From contig CAVVZQ010000007.1 of NCBI GenBank assembly GCA_963752715.1, positions 72,215 through 136,214 on the forward strand: a stretch of 64,000 nt of DNA. The letters are read 5' to 3'. The notes beneath the pieces are model-generated. The model was given only the letters and a program-made list of their open reading frames with translations. It was not told the origin of the DNA and did no database searches. Positions 1 through 10,117 of the stretch are shown here, one piece after another. The position numbers were made by a program, and so were the translations under genes. Position 1 is the stretch's first letter. Every line of letters begins with the position of its first letter. Source of the stretch: an uncultured Actinomycetota bacterium (GTDB taxonomy: Bacteria > Actinomycetota > Actinomycetes > Mycobacteriales > CAVVZQ01).

Positions 1-37
1 ATCCGGCCATCCTAGTCCTGGTCTACGCGCGCCTTGC

Positions 38-1063
38 TCACAGCCACCGGCGGCGCCGGAACAGCACGTAGAGGAAGACCGCGACCCCGCCCCACAGGGC
101 GGTGCTGAACACGAAGCCCCAGTGCGTGCCGAAGCCCGGGTAGGCCAGGTTCTGGCCGTAGAACCCGGTGACCGCCGTCGGCACCGCGATGATCGCCGCC
201 CAGGCGGCGAGCTTCTTCGTCACGGTGTTCAGCGAGTGGTCCGCCAGGGCGATGCGCGCCTCGTACAGGGTGGCCAGCAGCTCCCGCAGACCTTCCAGGT
301 TCTCCACGACCCGAATGGTGTGGTCGTAGACGTCCTGGTAGAGCCGCATGGTTGCGGTGTCGACCTCGACCTCGTCGTCCTCATCTCCGCGCATCGCCGA
401 GAGCACGACCTCGCGCATCGGGCCCGCCACCCGCCACAGTCGGACCAGCGACTTGCGCGTGGCGTAGGAGCTGCGCTGCAGCTGGCGCGGATCGAGATCG
501 GTCGGTCCTTCGAAGACGGTGTCCTCGAGCAGGTCGACCCGCTCGGTCAGCTCGTCGGTCGCGCTCAGGTGGCTGTCCACGATCTGGTCCAGCACGGTGT
601 GCAGCAGTCCAGCGGTCCCGTGCTGGTGGATCGAGGACTGCTGGGGCTGCTGGTCCCAGTGCCTGATCAGGGCCGAGGAACCGAGGCCTCCGCGGTCCAC
701 GAGGACGAGGAACTGGCGGCTGACGAACACCGGGACCCCGATCAGCCGCATTCCCTCCTGATCCGACTCGGGCTCTCCCAGGGGCGTCAGGTCGAGGTGG
801 GCGGCGTACAGATACACGAAGACGTGGCCGGGATAGCGCTCGTACTTCGTGCGCTGCCGCAGCTCGTCGTACGGGGCAGGCTCTCGTACGGCGTCCTCGA
901 CCGCGTTGGAGTGGAGGCCGAGGATGCCTGCCACCTCGGGCAGCTCATCGGGGGCGACTTCCAGGAACAGCACCGACGTCCGCTCGGCGAACGCCGCGGA
1001 CAGCCCCTCGGTTCCCGTCAGCGGGCTCACCGCGCCGTCCGCCCGCCAGACCCGGCCATGCAC
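38..1063 (-). CDS. corA: CorA-family Mg2+/Co2+ transporter
   Basis: 341-aa ORF. The C-terminal pair of hydrophobic helices is separated by 'GFYGQNLAYPGF', a variant of the CorA YGMN signature. Confidence 0.85.
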   Translation of the reverse strand: MHGRVWRADGAVSPLTGTEGLSAAFAERTSVLFLEVAPDELPEVAGILGLHSNAVEDAVREPAPYDELRQRTKYERYPGHVFVYLYAAHLDLTPLGEPESDQEGMRLIGVPVFVSRQFLVLVDRGGLGSSALIRHWDQQPQQSSIHQHGTAGLLHTVLDQIVDSHLSATDELTERVDLLEDTVFEGPTDLDPRQLQRSSYATRKSLVRLWRVAGPMREVVLSAMRGDEDDEVEVDTATMRLYQDVYDHTIRVVENLEGLRELLATLYEARIALADHSLNTVTKKLAAWAAIIAVPTAVTGFYGQNLAYPGFGTHWGFVFSTALWGGVAVFLYVLFRRRRWL

Positions 1064-1087
1064 GCAGCCACCCTAGCGGCGCGGCCT

Positions 1088-2338
1088 TCAGAACCGTTCC
1101 AGGAGCGTCCCTACCTCGTCATGCAGCGAGGCCCCTGCCAGCTCCCGGGCCTCCTCACGCCGCACCGCGAGAAACGCCCGAGCCAGGTCCGGGCCGAGCG
1201 CGGCGAGCAGCACCTCGTCCCGCTCCAGCGCGGCGACCGCTTCGTCCAGGTCCGTGGGCAGCCGCTCGCTTCCCGGCACCGTCGCGGGATCGACCTGGCT
1301 CGGCGGCGGGAGCTGTCTTTCGGCCCGGATTCCGTCCAGCCCCGCGGCCAGGACCGCCCCGAGCGCGAGGTACGGATTCGCTGCCGCGTCCACCGTCTTA
1401 ACCTCGACATGCGTCGGCGTCGGGCCCGTGGGCTCGGTCGGCACGCGCACCGCCGCCTCGCGGTTGTCGTACCCCCAGCTCAGGAAGGCCCCGCTCCAGG
1501 AGTGGGGCTGAAGGCGACGGTAGGAGTTCGGGCTGGGTGTCGTCACAGCCATCAGGGCAGGCAGGTGGGCCAGGACGCCCGCGACGAAGTGACGTCCCAC
1601 CTCGGACAGCGCGCCGTCCGCCGGCAGCACGTTGCTGCCGTCCCGCCACAGGCTCAGGTGCAGGTGACACCCACTGCCCGCCGCGGTGTCGAAGACCTTC
1701 GGCAGGAACGATCCGACGAGGCCGTGCCGGGCGGCGACCGCCCGTACGGTCTCCCGGAGCATCACGGCCTGGTCGGCGGCACACATCGGCGCGGCGTGGT
1801 CGACGGAGATCTCGTGCTGGCCGGGGCCCGACTCCGGGTAGTACCGCAGCACACCCACACCCTGCTCGACCAGTGCGTCGGTAACCTCGTCGATCACCGC
1901 TCGGGCGGCGTCCATGCCCGAGGTGGCGGCGAACAGGGAGCGCTCCGTCGCCACGACCGTCCCGTCCGGCTCACTTCGCAGCAGGTAGAACTCGTGCTCG
2001 AAGGCGGCCCGAGCCGTCAGGCCGTGCTCCGCCAGAGCGGCTTCCGACCTGCGCAGGAACTCACGGGGACAGCAGGACCACGCGCCGTCGCGGGTCACGA
2101 GGTCCGCCATCACCCGGACGTGCCCGGGCGCGTACGGCAGGGGGGTCGCGGTCGACCAGTCGGGGTGCAGCCACACCTCCCCCACGGGGCCCAGCCCACT
2201 GCCCGGCGCGGGGGCGTCCACCAGGGACGTGACCGCCTGCTGCGCGGTCGAGATCCCGATCCCGCGGTCCCGGTGTGCCGCGAGGTGGGCCCGGTGGAAC
2301 GCCTTGGCCCTGACCTGGTTGGCGTTGTCGCACCACAC
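1088..2338 (-). CDS. Glutamine synthetase-family protein (GlnA-like / gamma-glutamyl ligase type)
   Basis: Carries GS catalytic-domain motifs 'EHEFYLL', 'GPGQHEISV' and 'GSGCHLHLSLW'. In-frame homology ('...RFVRLVWCDN') continues upstream of the GTG at 2338 with no canonical start, so the 5' end is uncertain. Confidence 0.85.
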   Translation of the reverse strand: MWCDNANQVRAKAFHRAHLAAHRDRGIGISTAQQAVTSLVDAPAPGSGLGPVGEVWLHPDWSTATPLPYAPGHVRVMADLVTRDGAWSCCPREFLRRSEAALAEHGLTARAAFEHEFYLLRSEPDGTVVATERSLFAATSGMDAARAVIDEVTDALVEQGVGVLRYYPESGPGQHEISVDHAAPMCAADQAVMLRETVRAVAARHGLVGSFLPKVFDTAAGSGCHLHLSLWRDGSNVLPADGALSEVGRHFVAGVLAHLPALMAVTTPSPNSYRRLQPHSWSGAFLSWGYDNREAAVRVPTEPTGPTPTHVEVKTVDAAANPYLALGAVLAAGLDGIRAERQLPPPSQVDPATVPGSERLPTDLDEAVAALERDEVLLAALGPDLARAFLAVRREEARELAGASLHDEVGTLLERF

Positions 2339-2534
2339 CAGCCGGACGAACCTGGTCCCCCATGCCTCGAGGCGGGCGGCCAGCGCGTCCTGCGAGTCCG
2401 CGAGCGCCGGGCCGGAGTCGGCGGTCCGGTCGGTCCATCGCCCATCGCCTCTCGTCGGAAGTCTGGATCATCTCCCACCTGGAACTCGGGCGTCTACCAC
2501 TGGGGCCAGAAGGTCGCTGTCGTGCCGTCGAAGC

Positions 2535-2897
2535 TGGGGACAGGAGGCGTACGCCCGCAGCGACCGATGGTGGCGCAGTCTCGGCGCGCAGGGAAGGCAG
2601 GCGTTCCTCGCCGAGAGCGAGGCCCTCGCCCACGACTGGCAGCACGCCTTCCGGACGGGACTGGCCGTCGACAGCGAGCAGGTCGCCGCTCTGGCGGCGC
2701 GACACGTGGCCTGGATCGCCGCCAGCTGGGGAGGGGTGGAGCCGACCCGGGAACAGATCGCGGGACTGGCCGATATGTACGTGGCCGACGACCGATTCGC
2801 AGCCGTCTACGGCGGGCCGGAGGGGGCGCGCTATTCCCGGAAGGCACACCCGAGCAGGTGGTCGTTGACCACGCCGGTGGCCTGCATGTGCGCGTAG
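2535..2897 (+). pseudogene. TipAS-type (MerR C-terminal antibiotic-recognition) domain remnant
   Basis: 'WGQEAYARSDRWW...LADMYVADDRFAAVYGGPEGA' matches the TipAS pattern (WG.TDAY...EMYVAD.RF). There is no MerR HTH upstream in any single frame. The 3' end runs into the convergent tag gene. Confidence 0.5.
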
Positions 2898-3455
2898 AGC
2901 ACGGTCGGGCCGAGGAACCGAAAGCCCCTGGCCTTGAGATCCTTCGCCAGCGCACGCGAGGCGGGCGTGGCCGCGGGCACATCCGCGATGCGTCGGGGCG
3001 CCGGGCGCTCGGCGCCCGACTCTGCATCGTCATCGGGTACGACCGAGCCGAACAGTGTCACCAGCGACGACCCCTCCGCATGGAGCCGCAGCTACCGCCT
3101 GTGCGTTGCCGATCGTCGCCTCGATCTTGGCCCGGTTCCGGATGATCCCCGCGTCCCCCAGCAGACGCTCGACGTCCCGGGTGCCGTAGCCGGCGATCGC
3201 CTCGGCGTCGAAGTTGTCGAAGGCGGCGCGAAACCCCTCGCGCCTACGCAGGATGGTCAGCCACGACAGCCCGGCCTGGAAGGACTCCAGCACGAGCATC
3301 TCGAACATCGCGCGCTCGTCCGACACCGGACGGCCCCACTCCTCGTCGTGATAGGCGAGGTAGAGCGGGTCGGAGCCGGGCCACCAGCACCGCACCAGGC
3401 CGTCGGCGCCGACCTGCAGCCCGTCGCCGAGACCATCTGCTACCGCTGCCGCCAT
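2831..3455 (-). pseudogene. tag: DNA-3-methyladenine glycosylase I, frameshifted
   Basis: The N-terminal part (3030-3455, 'YHDEEWGRPV...IIRNRAKIEATIGNAQAV') and the C-terminal part (2831-3061, 'LAKDLKARGFRFLGPTVLYAHMQATGVVNDH') lie in different frames. The shift is near 3080-3095. Confidence 0.8.
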
Positions 3456-3556
3456 GCCTGGCAGCGTACGGCGGGACCCCCGGCAGCAGCGACTAGTCTG
3501 CGGTCCGTGAGCAGGGGATCCGCTTGCCGGGTCCGTGACCAGGAGGATGGTGCCGC

Positions 3557-4551
3557 TTGGCAGTTTCGGCAGGGTTGGCGGACGCGGCGAGCGAGGGACG
3601 GGAGCCGGAGGCGCGGGGGCGCCCCGGTACGACGCTGCCCACGGCGGGCGACTCCGTGTTCGCGGTGTTCCCGACCGAACGCGGGGCCGCCGAGGCAGCC
3701 GTCGAGGCGCAGCGCGCTGTCGCTAACGAGCCGTGGCCGGGTGGTCGGCGACTGCTGGTACGGATGGGCATCCACACCGGCGAGGCCAGCCTGGGCGGGG
3801 ACGACTACGTCGGGCTGGACGTGCACCGGGCCGCGCGCATCAGTGCCGCGGCCCACGGCGGGCAGGTGCTGGTCTGAGGGCCTCCTTCCCACCACGGCGG
3901 TCGCTCGGCGGCGTACCGGTGATCCTTCCGATGTCCCGCAGCAGCTTCGTCCCCCGGCCGGAGGTCGACGCGGTCGCCTCGCTGCTGGCGCAGGAGCGAC
4001 TGGTCACACTCACCGGCCCGGGCGGTACGGGCAAGACCCGGCTGGCGGTGGAGGTCGCTCGGCGGTCCAAGGACGCCTTCCTCGACGGCGTCGTCTTCGT
4101 CGGCCTGGCAGGGGTGCGCCAGCCGGCCCTGGTCCCGGCAGCCGTCGTCGACGTGCTGGGCCTGACGTCGGGCGCGGCGTCGCCGTCCCAGCGGCTGAAG
4201 CGCTACCTGGACGGCTGACGTGTGCTGCTCGTACTGGACAACTTCGAGCAGGTGCTCGATGCCGCCGATCTGGTCGAGGGGACCGACCAGAGAGCCACCG
4301 CCGAGCTGCACCAGGCGCGGCGCGAGGCGCAGCAGGCCGGTGACCGCCGCCTGGAGGCATGGGCGGTCTGGGGTCTGTCCGACATCGGGGTGGCCATGGG
4401 CGACTGGGACCTCGCGGCCCGCATCTTCGGTCCCGCGAGGCTTCCGGTCACCGACGACACCTTCGTGGGGGCCGGCGTCACCCAGACCTACACGTTCGTC
4501 ACCCGCGTGCCGTACGACTGCCGGTTCCTGCTGGTATGGGCGGGCGCCTGA
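3557..4551 (+). pseudogene. Class III adenylate/guanylate cyclase - P-loop ATPase - TPR regulator, 5'-truncated with in-frame stops
   Basis: A cyclase half ('GDSVFAVF...VRMGIHTGEA...VHRAARISAAAHGGQVLV') ends at a TGA at 3877. A P-loop segment ('LTGPGGTGKTRLA') ends at a TGA at 4218, followed by 'LLVLDNFEQVLDAADLV'. The remainder is collapsed. Confidence 0.7.
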
Positions 4552-5144
4552 TCCTCGAGCAGGCCAAGCACCTTCGTCGTCGTGGACCAGCTCCGAATGG
4601 TCATCTGCTGATACTCAGGCTTCCCGACAATCGTGCTCAGCCGACTCTGCGTACGACGGGCGCTGAGCCGCTGGAAGTACAACACACCGCTGCCGGGCCA
4701 CGCCTCGTCGACGCCCTCGCGGAGGGTGACGACCTGCATCGCCTGGTCGCTCGTCAGTGGTGTCTTCAGGAAGATCACGTCGCTGTGGAAGGTGTCGGGC
4801 GCTGTCCCGAACCCCTCTGGGGCCTTCGCCACAACCTGGCTCATCTGCTCTCGTGCGCGCACGACGACGACCAGCTGCAGCCCAAGGCGGCGGTGCAGCA
4901 TGGCCTCAATTTCCGACTCGAGCTGGGTGCCCGACTCGAGCTGGGTGACCGACGCGAGCTGGGTGCCGGACACCTCAGCATCGAAGAGCACGTTGCCCGA
5001 CTGGATGTACGTGGCGACCGACTCGTAGCCCGCGTCCTGGAACGCGGCCCGCAGGTCCCGCATTGCGACCTTGTTGCGCCCGCCCACGTTGATGCCGCGC
5101 AGCAGCGCCACGAATCTGGTCACGACACCGACCGTACGCAGCAC
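4488..5144 (-). CDS. DUF1697 family protein
   Basis: Has the N-terminal 'FVALLRGINVGGRNKVAMRDLR' hallmark. The start codon is uncertain. It contains an in-frame 18-bp repeat. Confidence 0.7.
   Translation of the reverse strand: MLRTVGVVTRFVALLRGINVGGRNKVAMRDLRAAFQDAGYESVATYIQSGNVLFDAEVSGTQLASVTQLESGTQLESEIEAMLHRRLGLQLVVVVRAREQMSQVVAKAPEGFGTAPDTFHSDVIFLKTPLTSDQAMQVVTLREGVDEAWPGSGVLYFQRLSARRTQSRLSTIVGKPEYQQMTIRSWSTTTKVLGLLEDQAPAHTSRNRQSYGTRVTNV
4913..4966. repeat. 18-bp imperfect tandem repeat x3 inside the DUF1697 CDS
   Basis: 'ccgactcgagctgggtgc' / 'ccgactcgagctgggtga' / 'ccgacgcgagctgggtgc'. It encodes a reiterated 'QLES/QLAS' segment. Confidence 0.9.
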
Positions 5145-5219
5145 CGCCCGGGTCGCCCAGCGTGCGGCTCAGCCTCCGCCGTTCAGCCGATGCGCCGTCG
5201 GCCCCTCGCTGGACGATGG

Positions 5220-6124
5220 TCAGCAGTCTGTCTCGCGCCATGTGAACGTGACTCCGGTGCCCATCGACACCTCCACGCAGCGTCGCATCGCATAGGGGTT
5301 CTCGGAGTCCTCGATCCACATCCGGGCCGTGAACCGCGTACCGGGGACCACCAGACCGGCGTCGCTGGTGTACACCTGACCTTCCCCGTACGTGGCGATG
5401 AGCTCGCTGCGCAGGGCAGGCAGCACGTCGGCCACCTCGGGGAGGCTGGCCACCACGGGGTCGACGGGTGGGCTGTGACCCGACCATGTGGCGGCGACTT
5501 CGGCCGCCGGATAGACAGTGGTGCACGGCACCCCGTCACCGCCGACATCCATGCGCGCAGGCCGAGCCTCCAGGTACCAGTAGTACACGGCCTCGGTGTA
5601 GGACAGCCCCGGCATGCCGTCGAAGGACTCGCCACGGGGATCGGTGGTCAGGTCGCGGCAGAGCAGCCCGGGAACGTAGGCGTCCAGCTGTACGGCGTCG
5701 CAGCACCCTGCGATCGCGTAGGCGTAGTGTCCCCGGTCGTCGAGCACGACCACCTGGACGGCGCCGAACTCCAGCGGCTCGTCGGGAATGAAGATGCAGC
5801 TGAACGCGCTTCCGTAGCCGACCGGACGGTCGGGCGGGCAGCTCCACGCACCCGGCCCGTACTCCGCAACGAGCGTCCGGCGCACCTCGGTTCCGATCGC
5901 CGAGATCGTCGTCAGGTCACGGGTCGCGTCGGCAGGGGACGTTTCCGACGGGGAGGGCGCGGCTGTCGGCGAGGGACAGAGGGACCTGACGTGGGACCTC
6001 CGTCGTCGCCGGTACCACCCACCAGAAACCACACGAGAAGGCCGGCAGCGGCGGCTGCCGTCGCCCCGAGAACGACCCACAGCCACGACGGCGTCCGCCG
6101 GGGAGCACTACCGGTCGCGCTCAC
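5220..6124 (-). CDS. Hypothetical Cys-rich protein with an N-terminal TM anchor in another frame (apparent frameshift)
   Basis: The main frame (5220-6086) has protein-like composition. The only TM segment ('WLWVVLGATAAAAAGLLVWFLVGG') is in the 5912-6124 frame. The junction is expected near 5950-6000. Confidence 0.4.
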
Positions 6125-6317
6125 ACTGTCAGGGTGACACCTGACGGCCCCGAGGGATCGGAGATCGTACGACGCCGTGTCCGGGAGCGGGGACCGACCG
6201 CGACCACAGCTTGCGAGAGGATCGCTCGGCTACGCAGGCGAGCCCGGCAGCCAATCGTCCTGAACGGCCTGGACGTGATCGAGTAGAAATCCTCCGTCCG
6301 GAACGCTGAACCGGGAC

Positions 6318-6363
6318 GAGTCCGTCCTGGCGGGAACAAAGAGTCCGTCCTGGCGGGAACAAA
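6318..6363. repeat. Perfect 23-bp tandem duplication in a ~440-bp intergenic region
   Basis: 'gagtccgtcctggcgggaacaaa' x2, followed by 'gcaggactc', which is complementary to the repeat start. Confidence 0.9.
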
Positions 6364-6448
6364 GCAGGACTCCCAGACGTCCTAACTGACAGCAACCCCT
6401 CGGCGGGTCCGCACACGCCCTCCCCCCCGGCGCGTGTCTGGTGACCAA

Positions 6449-6465
6449 CCCCCCTCGCCGGGGGG
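6449..6465 (-). terminator. GC hairpin (CCCCCC-tcgcc-GGGGGG), possible terminator of the ester cyclase gene
   Basis: A 6-bp G/C stem about 100 nt downstream of the 6568 stop. The plus-strand version is followed by 'TTTG', so strand assignment is ambiguous. Confidence 0.35.
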
Positions 6466-6567
6466 TTTGCCATGTTCCGGCACGCGAACCACGTCGGCAG
6501 TGCCGAGTCTCCTGGACCGGCACCGAGTCTTCGCGACCGCGCTCAGCCGCGCGCCTTCGCTGGCCCG

Positions 6568-6981
6568 TCAAGCAGGCGCGATACCCAGTTGCTGCATCAT
6601 CGCCATGTTGTCCATGACTCCCCAGTGCTCAGCCACGAGGCCGTCGGCGATCCGGAACATGTCGATCCCGGGCATGTCGACGCTCCGTCCCGTTGCGGGG
6701 ATGCCCATGAAGCTGCCTTGGTGCGTACCCGTCATACGGAATCGGCAGGCTGCCTTCTCCCCCTCGACCACGGTGTCCTCGACAGTCATCGTCAGGTCGG
6801 GGAACGCAGCGAACAAGCTCGTGAACATCTGCGCGACCCGGTGCCTGTCGCTGTCGCCCGGCGGTATGGGGAGGTCCTCATGCTCGATGAAGTCGTCCGC
6901 GACCAGGCTGAGCATCCGCTCGGCGTCCTGGGCGTTCACGGCGTCATAGAGGTTCCGGATGACATCTGGCATGTCGGACAT
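6568..6981 (-). CDS. SnoaL-like ester cyclase family protein
   Basis: 'FIEHEDLP...FMGIPATGRSVDMPGIDMFRIADGLVAEHWGVMD' matches the ester-cyclase pattern. The start is taken at 'MSDMPDV'. Confidence 0.75.
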   Translation of the reverse strand: MSDMPDVIRNLYDAVNAQDAERMLSLVADDFIEHEDLPIPPGDSDRHRVAQMFTSLFAAFPDLTMTVEDTVVEGEKAACRFRMTGTHQGSFMGIPATGRSVDMPGIDMFRIADGLVAEHWGVMDNMAMMQQLGIAPA

Positions 6982-7124
6982 GGACCGCTCCTGTGTCGAA
7001 CCGACGTGGTGGCAGCCCGTGAGGCCGTGCGGCACTCACGAAGTGCAACAGCAGGCTAGTCGGTCCAGACCCCCCGTCGTGCGGGGGTCAGAAGGGTTGC
7101 GTACGAGCGATAGCCGGACTAACG

Positions 7125-7142
7125 TACAACCTGATGGTTGTA
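7125..7142. promoter_or_regulatory. Perfect 7-bp inverted repeat spanning the ArsR-family start codon
   Basis: 'TACAACC-tgat-GGTTGTA'. The ATG at 7134 lies in the spacer/right arm. Candidate autoregulatory operator. Confidence 0.35.
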
Positions 7143-7493
7143 TATCTCGAGAACGTGCCCGACGGGGCGCTCTCAGACGACGAGGTGGACCGGATATTCC
7201 GAGCCCTCGCCGACCGAACGCGGCGCGACATCGTACGGCGCACGCTCGGCAGCGAGGTGACGGTTTCGCAGCTGGCCGGCTGCTACGACATGTCGTTCGC
7301 GGCGGTGCAGAAGCACGTAGCAGTCCTGGAGGGAGCGGGGCTCGTGAGCAAGCATCCACACGGGCGGGAGCGCCGCGTCCAGGCAAACCCCGAGACCATC
7401 CATCGTGCCCAGCACCTGCTGGACCAGTTCGAGCAGCTCTGGCGGGAGCGGATATCCCGCCTCGACGGCCTGCTCGCCGAGGACGACACCTGA
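7134..7493 (+). CDS. ArsR/SmtB-family HTH regulator
   Basis: 'FRALADRTRRDIVRRTL...VSQLAGCYDMSFAAVQKHVAVLEGAGLV' is a winged-HTH pattern. It sits in the usual pairing with a downstream SRPBCC gene. Confidence 0.8.
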   Translation: MVVYLENVPDGALSDDEVDRIFRALADRTRRDIVRRTLGSEVTVSQLAGCYDMSFAAVQKHVAVLEGAGLVSKHPHGRERRVQANPETIHRAQHLLDQFEQLWRERISRLDGLLAEDDT

Positions 7494-7518
7494 CCCCCCA
7501 CGACCGAAGGAGCGCCCC

Positions 7519-8499
7519 ATGCCCATCACATCCGTCACCAAGGACCCCGAGGCACTGACGATGACCGTGGTCGCCGAGTTCCCCGTCCCCGTCCACCGAC
7601 TCTGGGACGCCTACGCGGACCCACGCCAGCTCGAGCGGTTCTGGGGTCCGCCGACCTACCCCGCGAGGTTCTCCCGCCATGACATGCACGCCCCCGGTCG
7701 CAGCGACTACTGGATGACGGGACCGCAGGGCGACATCTCGCGTGGCTACTGGGAGTTCCTGGCGGTCAACCCTGGACGGTCCTTCGAGGTCCGCGACGGT
7801 TTCGCGAGCGAGGACGGCTCGGCCAACGCTGAGATGCCTTCGATGCGGATGGTCTTCACCTTCTCCGCGACCGACAGCGGGTCGAAGGTCACGACGACGA
7901 CGTACTTCGCCTCGGTGGAGGACCTCGACCGGCTGATCTCCATGGGCATGGAGGAAGGCATGCGCCAGGCCATGGGTCAGATGGACGCCGTGCTCGCCGA
8001 CCTGGTCTCGTTCGCCGCCGTGCGGGCCTGCGAGGCGCAGATTCTCAGCGACACGCAGGTACGCATCAGCCGGGTGATCCGCGGGACGGTGGAGCAGGTC
8101 TGGGATGCACACCACCGTGCCGATCTGATGCGCCGCTGGATGCTCGGCCCGGACGGCTGGGTCATGCCTGTGTGCGAGGTCGCGACCGAGGTGGGTCAGA
8201 CGTACCGGTACGAGTGGGAGCACGAGGACGGCGGCCAGCGCTTCGGCTTCGAAGGCGAGCTGCTCGAGACCACGCCCCCGACACGCGCGGTGACGACCGA
8301 ACAGATGATCGGCACCGGGGGTCCAGCCACGCGCAACGAGATGACCCTGACCCCGGTCGAGAGCGGCACCCTGCTCGCGGTTGTCATCACCTACCCCTCC
8401 GCCGAGGTCCGCGACATGGTTCTGGCCACCGGAATGACCGACGGCATGGAGGCCAGCTACGCCCGGCTGGAGTCCGAGCTCGATCTGCTCGCTAGGTAG
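7519..8499 (+). CDS. Tandem SRPBCC/AHSA1-domain protein
   Basis: Two repeats of the Aha1-like pattern ('VHRLWDAYADPRQLERFWGP...', 'VEQVWDAHHRADLMRRWMLGPDGW...'). The ATG is at 7519. Confidence 0.75.
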   Translation: MPITSVTKDPEALTMTVVAEFPVPVHRLWDAYADPRQLERFWGPPTYPARFSRHDMHAPGRSDYWMTGPQGDISRGYWEFLAVNPGRSFEVRDGFASEDGSANAEMPSMRMVFTFSATDSGSKVTTTTYFASVEDLDRLISMGMEEGMRQAMGQMDAVLADLVSFAAVRACEAQILSDTQVRISRVIRGTVEQVWDAHHRADLMRRWMLGPDGWVMPVCEVATEVGQTYRYEWEHEDGGQRFGFEGELLETTPPTRAVTTEQMIGTGGPATRNEMTLTPVESGTLLAVVITYPSAEVRDMVLATGMTDGMEASYARLESELDLLAR

Positions 8500-8866
8500 C
8501 GGGTCAGCGGCTCAGCACTCCACGCGAGGGATTCCGCCGGTCGTATGGCCCGCGCCGGGCGGCTCGTCGAACAGCAGCTCGATGTCGTACACGCCGCGCG
8601 AGCCGCGAGGGCTCAGATGGCCCGGTCCTCGTGCGAACACGCCGAGCATGGCCGCGGCCGAGGCTGCCGCACAGGAATGGGAGCAGCGCTTCGACGTCGA
8701 CATCTCGCTGCCGACTGAGGGCCTCGAGGAAGACACCGCAGCCTGACGTCCCGAGGCCCGGGAGTGGCCCACGCCGGACGCGTGATCCACCCAGCGACCC
8801 TGGTGCTGCTGTCGTACGGCCTCACCCAAGTTCCCGGGCTGCGCCGCTTCCTGTGACGTCCTGTCG

Positions 8867-9901
8867 TCAGACCAGCTGCCGCACCCGCGGAATGACCTCG
8901 GTCGCGTACAGCTCGATCGAGCGCATCAGCCGGCTGTGCGGGAGCGTTCCGGTGGAGTACTTCAGGTCCACGCGCTGGGCTCCCAGCTCGGTGACGGTAG
9001 ATGCGATCCGACGGGCGACGGTCTCCGGCGAGCCGACGAGCAGCGACCCGGACCGCACCTCGGCGTCGAAGCGCTCCCGCGTGGGCGGTGGCCACCCTCG
9101 CTCGCGGCCGATCCGGCCGAACGCGGCCTGGTAGTGCGGCCACAGCTCGTCCGCGGCCTGCTCGTCGGTGTCGGCGATGTGGCCGGGCGAGTGGATGGAC
9201 AGTGGCTGGGGAGCGTGGCCGAACTCCTGCAGTGCGCGACGGTACAGCTCGGCGAACGGACGGAACCGGCGTGGGTCGCCCCCGATGATGGCCAGCGCCA
9301 TCGGCAGCTGGTGCCGGGCGGCCCGGACCACCGACTCCGGCGTGCCGCCGACCGCGACGCGCAGCGGGATGTGTCCCCGCTCCGTCTTGGGGTAGACCTG
9401 CTGCCGGTCCAGCGCGGACCGGGTCGTGCCGGACCACGTGACCGCTCCTTCCCCGAGGAGCCGAACGAGCAGGTCGAGCCTCTCTGCGAACAGCACGTCG
9501 TACTCGGCGAGGGAGTACCCGAACAGTGCGAACGACTCGGTGAACGAGCCACGGCCGGCGGTGATCTCCGCACGTCCCGAGGAGATCGCGTCGAGAATGG
9601 CGAAGCGCTCGTAGACCCGTACCGGGTCGTCGGTGGAGAGCACCGTGACCGCGGTACCCAGGGTGATCCGCTTGGTACGCGACGCGATGCCGGCCAGAAC
9701 CATGTCAGGGGCAGGCACCGCGAAGTCGTCCCGATGGTGCTCCCCAACACTGAAGTGGTCCACCCCCAGGGAGTCGGCCAGCACGGCCTCCTCGGCGACG
9801 TTGCGGATCACCTGCCCAGCTGGCAGCGGTACGCCAGTGTCGTCGACGGTCATGTCCCCGAAGGTGTCCAAACCGAACTCGATACTTGTACCCTCCGCCA
9901 C
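8867..9901 (-). CDS. LLM-class flavin-dependent (luciferase-like) oxidoreductase
   Basis: 344 aa with 'IEFGLDTFGD...DHFSVGEHH...' and typical LLM family length and pattern. Confidence 0.8.
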   Translation of the reverse strand: MAEGTSIEFGLDTFGDMTVDDTGVPLPAGQVIRNVAEEAVLADSLGVDHFSVGEHHRDDFAVPAPDMVLAGIASRTKRITLGTAVTVLSTDDPVRVYERFAILDAISSGRAEITAGRGSFTESFALFGYSLAEYDVLFAERLDLLVRLLGEGAVTWSGTTRSALDRQQVYPKTERGHIPLRVAVGGTPESVVRAARHQLPMALAIIGGDPRRFRPFAELYRRALQEFGHAPQPLSIHSPGHIADTDEQAADELWPHYQAAFGRIGRERGWPPPTRERFDAEVRSGSLLVGSPETVARRIASTVTELGAQRVDLKYSTGTLPHSRLMRSIELYATEVIPRVRQLV

Positions 9902-9950
9902 GCTGGCTCCCTCCGTCGCGCTTGCGACCTGTTGGGCCGTCCACAGCTAC

Positions 9951-10052
9951 GCGCCGGTCGTCGGCCTGGTAGTGCCGGGCGAGGACGGTTGCGGCGAAAC
10001 GTCGTACGGACTCCCGGTAGCCCTCCTGGCTCTCGGCGAAGCCGAAGTCCAC
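9951..10052 (-). pseudogene. Acyl-CoA dehydrogenase N-terminal remnant (~34 codons)
   Basis: 'VDFGFAESQEGYRESVRRFAATVLARHYQADDRR' matches the ACAD N-terminus pattern. It is then lost at the LLM gene start. Confidence 0.45.
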
Positions 10053-10117
10053 TCCCGCCTGCCCTGTCGCGCACCTGCACGATACTGAACCGGCACGCCA
10101 ACGCCAGTTGCCGCCGC

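Noticed and set aside
122-3145. 1007-aa plus-strand ORF spanning corA, the GS-like gene and beyond
   Set aside because: It is antisense to two well-supported genes. Its composition is Arg/Gly/Pro/His-dominated with no motifs, which is typical of a shadow ORF in high-GC DNA.
8500-8866. ORFs between the SRPBCC and LLM genes (e.g. 8512-8829 minus strand)
   Set aside because: There are several overlapping candidate frames with no motif and no clear start or SD. This may be another decayed gene, but it is not supportable.
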